NCBI GenBank assembly: GCA_963844035.1
Contig: CAWJMT010000037.1
Coordinates: 64,001-128,000 of the forward strand
From: an uncultured Gemmatimonadales bacterium
GTDB taxonomy: Bacteria > Gemmatimonadota > Gemmatimonadetes > Gemmatimonadales > GWC2-71-9
DNA length: 64,000 bases
Direction of reading: 5' to 3'
Part shown: positions 31,695 through 39,967 of the stretch, one piece after another
Layout of the letters: every line of letters starts with the position of its first letter
Numbering within the stretch: position 1 is the first letter of the stretch
Made by a program: the position numbers and the translations under genes
Notes under the pieces: generated by a model
Databases searched by the model: none
Seen by the model: only the letters and a program-made list of their open reading frames with translations
Told to the model about the DNA's origin: nothing

Positions 31695-33743
31695 ATGGAC
31701 GGTGCAATGCTGGATCGATCATTCTCGACCCTGACTCTGTGTGTGCTCTTGACGGCCCCGATCGCGCTCGGAGCACAGCAGCCTGGGCAGCCCGATTCCA
31801 GCCGCCGCGACACGGCGGGCGCGTTCGCGCTGCCGCCGGTCGTCGTGACCGCGACACAAGTCCCGGCTGAACCAACCAAGATCGGGGTCGCGACCTCGGT
31901 GCTCGACTCCCTGGCGCTGGCTGAGGAGCCGACGCCCCTGGCCTCCCGCGCACTCACCTTCCTGCCGGCCGTCTCGCTCGACCAGGGCAACGGCCCGGGC
32001 GGTCCCGCGGTGCTCCACGTGCGGGGCGGGGATGAGCCGTTCACCCAGATGATGTTCGACGGCGTGCCGGTAAACATCAGCGGCGGCTTCAACGACATCC
32101 TGGGCCTGATGCTGACGAACGTCGAACGGGTGGAGATCGCGCGCGGTCCGCTGTCCGCGCGATGGGGATCGTCTGCCATGTCCGGCGCCGTGCAGTTTAT
32201 TACCCGCGAGGGGCGGCCCGGCCCGGCCCACGTGGAGCTGCTTGCGGAAGGCGGCCGCGCGACGGAGGAGGGCCAGCAAGCGCATTCGGAGGTCAATGTT
32301 TCGGGTGGGAGCCCGCAGCTGCGCTACTCGAGCGGCCTGGGCTACAGCTACGATCGCGGCATCTACGCGCTGCCGCACGATCTGAGCACCGGCGACGCGT
32401 CGCTCCGTATCGACGCGAGTCCCTCGCAGCGTTTGACGTTCACGGGCACCGCACGCTATCTCGACGTGCAGACGAACCTGCCGGTCCGCGACAAAGGAGT
32501 GACCCGAGTACCGCTCGATCCCAACCAGCGCGACAGCCGGCATCGCTGGCTAGGATCGGTCGAGGCCAATTGGGCAACGACCGCTACGTGGCACAATCGC
32601 CTGAATGCCCACGTGTTGTGGGACGACTTCACCTACCGGGATGAGCGGGACGGCGTGGCAGACTCGACCGACTATCCGTTCATCGCCGGTGACTCGGGCT
32701 TCGTGGCGGACTTCAACTTGACCTACCAGAGCAAGATCCTGCGGCCGGCCCTGGAGTATGTCGGGAGCAACGTCCTGCCCTTGGGCCAGTCGGGGTCCAA
32801 GCTCAACCTGTCCTACGGCGGCTCGCTGCAGACCGAGTCGGAGGTCGACGTTCAGTCGGGGGACTTCGGCAATACGCGCAACGAGTATGACCGCAGCAGC
32901 ACCGCGCTGTTCACCGAGCTACAGGGCGACGTCGGGAAACGCCTTTCGGTGCTCGGCGGCGCACGGTTAGAGCACTACGAAGGCCTGCCCACGCAGGCGC
33001 TGCCGCGCGGGAGCGTGGTGTTTGCGGTCGTGCCCGGCAGGCTCTCGTTGCGCGCCGCCGCCGGGCGGGCGTTCCTCGTCCCGAACCTGACCAACCAATT
33101 CCTCAGCAATCCGTCCTATCAGCCGAATCCCGACTTGAAGCCGATGACCAGCACGAGTTGGGAAGTGGGCGCGCGGGTCACCACCCCCGACCGGAAGCTG
33201 ACATTCAGCCTGGGCTACTTCCACCAGCAATTCAACGACTTGATCCGGACCGTCCCGGCCGACACCGGCACGAAGGTCACCAACAAGAATCTCGGCGCCG
33301 CGCAGTCGGTTGGCGTGGAGGGCGAAGTCGAGGGGCGATTGTCCGACCGGTGGCGCAGCGGGCTGAACCTCACCTGGGTGAAGACCGAGATTCTCGACAA
33401 CCGTGGCCTCGACCCAACCAACTACCCGGTCGGGGGCTCGCTCCCATACGTGCCGAATGTCACGGGCAGCGTGTTCGTCGCGGGCGATCTTATCCGCGGG
33501 CTCTCAGTGGTCGCGCGCGTCACGGTGGTGGGTGAGCAGACGGTTCTCACTGAGCGGTTTGGAGGTCATCGCACCACCCTCGACGCACATGCGCCGCTCG
33601 ACCTGGTGGTGCAGTGGCATGCTACCCGAGGTCTCGACATGTACACGCGGCTCAGCAATATCCTGAACACGAGCTATTACGCTGCATTCGACAAGCCGGG
33701 CAGTCCTTTCACGGCGGTGGTGGGTTTCCGGACCCGGACCTAA
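31695..33743 (+). CDS. TonB-dependent receptor
   Basis: Signal peptide; PPVVVTAT; plug RGG...FDGVPVN; VERVEIARGPLSARWGSSAMSGAVQFIT; NPDLKP; beta-barrel C-terminus. Confidence 0.95.
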   Translation: MDGAMLDRSFSTLTLCVLLTAPIALGAQQPGQPDSSRRDTAGAFALPPVVVTATQVPAEPTKIGVATSVLDSLALAEEPTPLASRALTFLPAVSLDQGNGPGGPAVLHVRGGDEPFTQMMFDGVPVNISGGFNDILGLMLTNVERVEIARGPLSARWGSSAMSGAVQFITREGRPGPAHVELLAEGGRATEEGQQAHSEVNVSGGSPQLRYSSGLGYSYDRGIYALPHDLSTGDASLRIDASPSQRLTFTGTARYLDVQTNLPVRDKGVTRVPLDPNQRDSRHRWLGSVEANWATTATWHNRLNAHVLWDDFTYRDERDGVADSTDYPFIAGDSGFVADFNLTYQSKILRPALEYVGSNVLPLGQSGSKLNLSYGGSLQTESEVDVQSGDFGNTRNEYDRSSTALFTELQGDVGKRLSVLGGARLEHYEGLPTQALPRGSVVFAVVPGRLSLRAAAGRAFLVPNLTNQFLSNPSYQPNPDLKPMTSTSWEVGARVTTPDRKLTFSLGYFHQQFNDLIRTVPADTGTKVTNKNLGAAQSVGVEGEVEGRLSDRWRSGLNLTWVKTEILDNRGLDPTNYPVGGSLPYVPNVTGSVFVAGDLIRGLSVVARVTVVGEQTVLTERFGGHRTTLDAHAPLDLVVQWHATRGLDMYTRLSNILNTSYYAAFDKPGSPFTAVVGFRTRT

Positions 33744-33753
33744 GGGGAAGTTG

Positions 33754-33780
33754 CCGGGCGTGGTTGAAAACCGCGCCCGG
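33754..33780 (+). terminator. Hairpin immediately after the TonB receptor gene
   Basis: ccgggcgtggtt-gaa-aaccgcgcccgg, 12-bp stem with one G-U pair; weak U-tail. Confidence 0.5.
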
Positions 33781-33859
33781 ACTGATTACCATCACGTATC
33801 GCTAAATCAGCGAAGCGTTTAGGGTTGCAACGCGCCACACGTACGGTCTGGAGGTTGGG

Positions 33860-34066
33860 ATGTCTCGCTTACTCTCGTTGATCGGTTTGGTCGCCTTCGC
33901 AGGTCTGGGTATGGCAGGCTGCCACAGCAACGGCCCAGGCGGTGATCCTCAGGACCCGGGGATGATGGGCGGCGAGGGCCCGATGATGTACCAGGCGCCC
34001 ACCCCGGCGACTGGGTGCAGCTCACCCTCGTTGGCGGCCAAGTGCTCGCCGCTCCAGCGGCGCTAG
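33860..34066 (+). CDS. Small (68 aa) putative lipoprotein
   Basis: GGAGG 5 nt upstream of ATG; signal MSRLLSLIGLVAFAGLGMAG-C; Gly/Pro/Met-rich mature part. Confidence 0.6.
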   Translation: MSRLLSLIGLVAFAGLGMAGCHSNGPGGDPQDPGMMGGEGPMMYQAPTPATGCSSPSLAAKCSPLQRR

Positions 34067-34091
34067 AGTAACCCACCTCCCGGGCGGCGGG

Positions 34092-35189
34092 TTATCCCGC
34101 GGCGCCGCCCGGAAACCGTTCCGCTACGAGCATCCGCAGGGCTTCCTCGACCGATTCCACCGGTATTTTGGGAACGCCCCCGACGTGCGAGGCCGCACGG
34201 TAGGGGGCGCGGTATGGGAACCACGGCATGACCTCCGCCGACCCTCGAAACAGCCCCACGAGTGGCGTCTTCCACGCCGCCGCGAGGTGTACGACCGACG
34301 TATCCGGCGTCAACAGCATGTCAAACTCCCGCAGCACCGCCGCGAACTCGTGAAACGAGGCTAGGGCAGGGAGCGATGCGGCGCCGGTCGCGCGTGCAAT
34401 AGCGTCGACATCTGCCTGGTAGTCCGGGGCGCCACCCACCCAAATCGCAAATCGCGGATCGAACTCCTGCATCCAGCGGATGCAGGCGATGAAGTTCTCG
34501 TTCCCCCAATACCGCAGCCGGCTCGATCCCGCAACGTTGACGCCCAGCCGTAGCGGCCGCTCGGTCGGCCCGAGCCGAGTGCGGGCGAGCGCGCGGTCCG
34601 CATCGCTCAGCCGGTACTCGAGGTCGAGCGGAACCTGGGAGGGGTCGATGCCAAACGGCAGCAGCAGCTGCGCCATCCGCTCGACGATGTGGACGCGGCT
34701 GCGGTCGAGCAGCGGGACGGCGTGGGTGTAGCGGCCGGCGCGCTCGTGGCGGATCCCCAAGCGGTACGGCGCCCCGCTCCATTGCGCGAGAAGTTGCGAG
34801 CTGACCGACGGGTTGTCCGTCAGGTTCACGACGATGTCGTAGCGCGCCGCGCGCACCGCGCGGATCACGCGCACCGCGCTGGCAACGGTCTTGTCGTAGC
34901 GCCAGGAGTGGTCGACGTACTGGGCGACCGCGTGGCGGACGCCGAAGTTCGCGCGGCTGAACAGCATGTGAATCCGGGCCCGCGGGTAGCGCTGGCGCAG
35001 CGCGCGAATCACGGGGATGGAAACGAGCACGTCGCCGATCCGGTCCTGGCGCAGCAGCAGGATCCGCGGGGCGTCCCCCAGGTGAAATGCATCGCGCGGC
35101 GCGGTCACGAAATCGCCCGTGAATGGCCGATCGGTGACGGCGAGGAACCGGCGGCGTAGGGTGCGCTCGAGCGATTTGAGCAGCGTCAT
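34092..35189 (-). CDS. Glycosyltransferase family 9 (heptosyltransferase-like)
   Basis: LLRQDRIGDVL; TPDTSVVHLAAAWKTPLVGLF. Confidence 0.92.
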   Translation of the reverse strand: MTLLKSLERTLRRRFLAVTDRPFTGDFVTAPRDAFHLGDAPRILLLRQDRIGDVLVSIPVIRALRQRYPRARIHMLFSRANFGVRHAVAQYVDHSWRYDKTVASAVRVIRAVRAARYDIVVNLTDNPSVSSQLLAQWSGAPYRLGIRHERAGRYTHAVPLLDRSRVHIVERMAQLLLPFGIDPSQVPLDLEYRLSDADRALARTRLGPTERPLRLGVNVAGSSRLRYWGNENFIACIRWMQEFDPRFAIWVGGAPDYQADVDAIARATGAASLPALASFHEFAAVLREFDMLLTPDTSVVHLAAAWKTPLVGLFRGSAEVMPWFPYRAPYRAASHVGGVPKIPVESVEEALRMLVAERFPGGAAG

Positions 35190-35259
35190 CGGTGCAGAAT
35201 CTTAACGCAAGTGCGCCTTCTTCAAGGACCTAGCCTCCGCCGCCTGCCGTTCGCGTTTC

Positions 35260-35276
35260 TTGACGCCATTTTGATG
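35260..35276 (+). promoter_or_regulatory. Putative KdpE (OmpR-family) binding direct repeat
   Basis: TTGACG-ccatt-TTGATG, 11-bp period, upstream of the kdp operon. Confidence 0.5.
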
Positions 35277-35330
35277 ACCATTCTCCTACCATTGGCCCCG
35301 TGGCGCATGACCTCCTGAACGGAGTGCACA

Positions 35331-35447
35331 ATGCTCGACATCGTCTATATCGCCGTGACGCTGGCCTTCTTCGGCTTGATGCTCGCCTACGTCCGCGGCT
35401 GTGAGCACCTGGGCCGCGAGAAGACGGGCGAGGAGGAGCGGTCGTGA
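35331..35447 (+). CDS. 38-aa single-TM membrane peptide preceding kdpF
   Basis: GGAG RBS; MLDIVYIAVTLAFFGLMLAYVRGCEHLGREKTGEEERS; stop overlaps kdpF start (GTGA). Confidence 0.8.
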   Translation: MLDIVYIAVTLAFFGLMLAYVRGCEHLGREKTGEEERS

Positions 35448-35530
35448 GCGAAACGATCTTCGGGGGACTCGTATCCCTCCTGCTCCTCGTGTACCTGGTG
35501 TACACGCTGCTCCGCCCCGAAAAGTTCTGA
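35444..35530 (+). CDS. kdpF: K+-transporting ATPase subunit F
   Basis: MSETIFGGLVSLLLLVYLVYTLLRPEKF; YL.Y.L.RPEKF signature; GAGGAG RBS. Confidence 0.93.
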   Translation: MSETIFGGLVSLLLLVYLVYTLLRPEKF

Positions 35531-35540
35531 GGATCGAGAC

Positions 35541-37258
35541 ATGACTGCGAACGGCTGGCTGCAAATCCTGTTCTACAGCGCTGTCGTGCTTGCGATCACC
35601 AAGCCGGCGGGTGTGTACATCCTCCGCGTGTACGACGGCTCGCTCCGCTGGCTCGCTCCGCTCGAGCGGGCGATCTACCGGATCTCGGGGGTCGATCCCG
35701 ACGAGGATCAGCACTGGACCCGCTACGCGGCCGGGCTGCTGCTGTTCAGCGCGGTTTCCATGCTCGTGACCTACGTCGCGCTGCGCCTCCAGGACTCTCT
35801 GCCGCTCAATCCGTTCGCGCGCGCTGCGGTGCCCGACCGGCAGGCGTTCGAAACGGCGGCCTCGTTCACGACGAACACCAATTGGCAGTCGTACTCGGGC
35901 GAGACGATGATGTCGTACTTCTCGCAGATGACGCAGCTGGCGTTCCACAACTTCACGTCGGCCGCGTGCGGCGTAGCCGCCGCCGTGGCGCTGGCGCGCG
36001 GCATCGCCCGACGCTCGGCCGGCAAGATCGGCAACTTCTGGGTCGACCTCGTCCGCGGGACGCTGTACCTCTTCCTCCCGTTGTCGTTCCTGTTCGCCCT
36101 GTTGTTCGTGCAACAGGGGGCGATCCAGAATTTCGCCCACTACGTCACGGCGACCACCCTCGAGGGCGCGAAGCAGGTGCTCGCCATGGGACCGGTCGCG
36201 AGCCAGGTCGGCGATCAAGCAGCTGGGGACGAACGGCGGCGGCTTCTTCAACGCCAACGCCGCGCATCCGTTCGAGAGCCCGACGCCCTGGACGAACTTC
36301 CTGTCGATGTTCGCGATCTTCGTCATCCCCGCCGGGCTTACCTACACCTTCGGGCGCATGGTGAAGAACCAGCGCCACGGGTGGGCGCTGTGGGCGGCGA
36401 TGTTCGTGCTGTTCTTCGGCGGCGTGACGACGGCCTACTGGGCCGAGGCGCGCGGCAACCCGATCCACGCGGCGCGCGGCATCGACCTCGTCGCATCCGC
36501 CGGCAATCCCGGCGGCAACATGGAAGGGAAAGAGGTCCGTTTCGGGATCGCCAACTCGGCCCTGTACGCCACGGTGACCACCGACGCGTCCTGCGGCGCC
36601 GTCAACAGCATGCACGACTCGTTCACGCCCATCGGCGGGATGGTGCCGCTCGTCAACATCCAGCTCGGCGAGCTGATTTTCGGCGGGGTGGGGTCGGGCC
36701 TGTACGGGATGATCGTGATGGCCGTACTCACGGTGTTCATCGCCGGGCTCATGGTGGGCCGAACGCCCGAGTACCTCGGGAAGAAGATCCAGAGCCGCGA
36801 AGTGCGCATGGCGATGCTGTACGTGCTGATCTTCCCGGCGGTGATCCTGCTGTTCACCGCGGCGTCGTCGGTACTGCCGATGGGGCTCGCGGGGCGGAAC
36901 AACGCGGGGCCGCACGGCCTGTCGGAGATCCTGTACGCGTTCACGCTCGGTCACCGGCAACAACGGCAGCGCGTTCGCCGGGCTCACCGGCGGGACCTAC
37001 TACTACAACACGCTGCTCGGTCTCGGCACGCTGTTCGGGCGCTTCGCGATGATGGTGCCGATGCTCGCGCTCGGCGGATTCCTCGCCGAGCGGAAGATCG
37101 TCCCCGAATCAGCCGGGACGTTCCCGGTGACGACTCCGATCTTCGTGACCCTGCTCATTGGGGTCATCCTGATCGTCGGCGCCCTCACGTTCTTTCCGGC
37201 CCTGGCGCTCGGTCCGATCGTCGAGCACTTGCTGATGCACACAGGGAGGCTGTTCTAG
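35541..37258 (+). CDS. kdpA: K+-transporting ATPase subunit A (frameshifts ~36210, ~36950)
   Basis: [62 protein letters not shown]. Confidence 0.95.
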
Positions 37259-37259
37259 T

Positions 37260-39363
37260 ATGGCACTCACCAAGCGACCCTTGTTCGACCCGCCGATCGT
37301 CAAGCGGGCGATCCGCGACGCCTTCCTCAAGACGGTGAACCTGCGCCACATGGTGCGGAACCCCGTCATGTTCGTGGTGCTGGTCGGCAGCGCCCTGACC
37401 ACGCTCGTGCTGATCCGCGACGTGCTGGGTGGTGCGGGGGACACCGGCGTTCACGCTGCAGCTCGCGCTCTGGCTGTGGTTCACGGTGGTGTTCGCCAAT
37501 TTCGCCGAGGCGATGGCCGAGGGCCGCGGCAAGGCGCAGGCCGAGACGCTGCGGCGGTCGCGGACGGAGTCGACGGCGAAGCGCCTGCGGAACGCCAACG
37601 ATCGCACCAAGTTCGAGTCGGTGTCCGGCGGCGGGCTGCGCAAGGGCGACCTCGTGCTATGCACCCCCGGCGACATGATCCCCGGGGACGGCGAGGTGAT
37701 CGAAGGCGTGGCGTCGGTGGACGAATCGGCGATCACCGGCGAGTCGGCCCCGGTCATCCGCGAGTCGGGCGGCGACCGCTCCGCGGTCACCGGCGGCACG
37801 AGAGTGCTGTCGGACTTCCTGGTCATTCGTATCACGGCCAATCCCGGCGAGACGTTCCTCGATCGTATGATCGCGCTGGTGGAAGGCGCGTCGCGCCAGA
37901 AGACGCCGAACGAGATCGCCCTGATCATTCTGCTGTCCGGGCTGACCATCGTGTTCCTGTTCGCGGTAGTGACCCTGCAGCCGTTCGCGATCTACTCAGG
38001 CGGCGCGGTGTCGATCCCGATTCTCGTTTCGCTGCTGGTTTGCCTCATCCCCACCACGATCGGCGGCCTGTTGTCCGCGATCGGGATCGCGGGGATGGAC
38101 CGCATGATCCAGCACAACGTGATCGCGATGAGCGGCCGGGCCGTCGAGGCGGCGGGCGACGTCAACACGCTGCTGCTCGACAAGACCGGGACGATCACGC
38201 TCGGCAACCGGCAGGCGGTCGAGTTCGTGCCGATGGACGGTGTGACGCCTGAGTACCTGGCGGATCGCGCCCAGCTCGCCTCGCTCCCCGACGAGACGCC
38301 GGAGGGGCGCAGCATCGTCGTGTTCGCGAAGGAGAAGTTCAGCCTGCGCGGACGCACGCTGTCGGAAGGGAAGGGCGGAATCGCGGGCGCCGGAGCGGCT
38401 CCCACCAAGGATCAGATGGTGCTGGTGCCGTTCTCGGCGGCGACCCGGATGAGCGGCATCAACGCCGGTACGCTCGAGCTCCGCAAGGGCGCGAGCGAGG
38501 CGGTCGTGACCTGGGTGCGGACACACGGGGGCGATATCCCCGCGGGTCTCGCTCCGGTGGTGGAGCGGATCGCGCGCCAGGGCGGCACGCCGCTCGTCGT
38601 CGCCGAGCGCGGTAACGGGTCCGCTCGTGTGCTCGGCGTGATCTACCTGAAGGACGTGGTCAAGGGCGGCATGCGCGAGCGGTTCGGCCAGCTCCGCGCC
38701 ATGGGGATCCGCACGGTGATGATCACCGGTGACAATCAGCTCACCGCGGCGGCGATCGCGGCGGAGGCGGGCGTGGACGACTTCCTCGCCGAGGCGACGC
38801 CCGAAGACAAGATGGCGCTCATCAAGCGCGAGCAGGGCGGTGGCCGCCTGGTCGCGATGACCGGCGACGGCACGAACGACGCGCCGGCGCTCGCCCAGGC
38901 CGACGTCGCGGTCGCCATGAACACCGGCACCCAGGCGGCGAAGGAAGCGGGGAACCTGATCGACCTCGATTCCAACCCGACCAAGCTCATCGAGGTCGTG
39001 GAGATCGGGAAGCAGCTGCTCATCACGCGCGGCGCGCTCACCACGTTCTCGATCGCCAACGACGTCGCGAAGTACTTCGCCATCATCCCGGCGATGTTCG
39101 TCGCCACCTACCCTGCGTTGCAGGCGTTGAACGTCATGCGGCTGCACTCGGCGCAGTCGGCGATCCTGGCGAGCGTCGTGTTTAACGCCCTGATCATCAT
39201 CGCGCTCATTCCACTGGCCCTGCGCGGCGTGCAGTGGCGCCCCGCGGCCGCGGCGGCCATTCTGCGCCGCAACCTGTGGATCTACGGCGTCGGGGGCATC
39301 ATCATCCCGTTCATCGGCATCAAGGCCGTGGACGTGCTTCTCGTCGCCCTTCACCTGGTCTGA
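37260..39363 (+). CDS. kdpB: K+-transporting ATPase subunit B (frameshift ~37440)
   Basis: [42 protein letters not shown]. Confidence 0.97.
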
Positions 39364-39365
39364 CC

Positions 39366-39950
39366 ATGCTCAAGAACCAACTCCGCCCCGCCATCGTCGT
39401 GACGATCGTCATCATGGTGATCACGGGGCTCGTGTATCCCGGGCTCGTAACCGGCGTGGCACAGCTGCTCTTCCCGCGCCAGGCGAACGGCTCCCTCGTG
39501 ACGGTGAACGGCCAGGTTATCGGCAGCGAGCTGATCGGGCAACCGTTCACGAGCCCTAAGTACTTCCATCCGCGCCCGTCGGCCGCCGGGGCGGGCTACG
39601 ACGACACGCTCTCGGCCGGGACGAACAAGGGTCCCACCGATCTCAAGCTGGCGGACACGCTGATCGCGCAAGCGGTGGACAACGCGGTGCAGCTCGACAG
39701 CGCGGTGAAGGGGCAGATCCCTTCCGATCTCGTCACCGCGTCGGGATCGGGTCTCGACCCGCACATCTCGCCGGCGAGCGCGTTCCTGCAGGTGCGCCGG
39801 GTGGCGCGGGCGCGCGGGCTCGATTCAGCCGTCGTGCGGGCACTGGTCGAGCGGCACGTCGAAGGGCGGCAGTTCGGGTTCTTCGGCGACCCGCGCGTGA
39901 ACGTGCTCCTGCTGAACCTTGCGCTGGATAGCCTCGCGGGCCGACGCTAG
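39366..39950 (+). CDS. kdpC: K+-transporting ATPase subunit C
   Basis: QANGSL, GSELIGQPF, YFHPRPSA, VTASGSGLDPHIS, RVNVLLLNLALD. Confidence 0.97.
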   Translation: MLKNQLRPAIVVTIVIMVITGLVYPGLVTGVAQLLFPRQANGSLVTVNGQVIGSELIGQPFTSPKYFHPRPSAAGAGYDDTLSAGTNKGPTDLKLADTLIAQAVDNAVQLDSAVKGQIPSDLVTASGSGLDPHISPASAFLQVRRVARARGLDSAVVRALVERHVEGRQFGFFGDPRVNVLLLNLALDSLAGRR

Positions 39951-39967
39951 ACCACTAGGTTGGGAGA

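Noticed and set aside
28196..34066. Lasso peptide biosynthetic cluster
   Set aside because: The kinase and nucleotidyltransferase fit, but no asparagine-synthetase-like cyclase, B1/RRE, B2 protease or lasso-type precursor is present in the window.
35541..39363. Programmed frameshifting or pseudogenisation of kdpA/kdpB
   Set aside because: Similar indels occur throughout unrelated genes and no slippery sequence is evident, so assembly error is more parsimonious.
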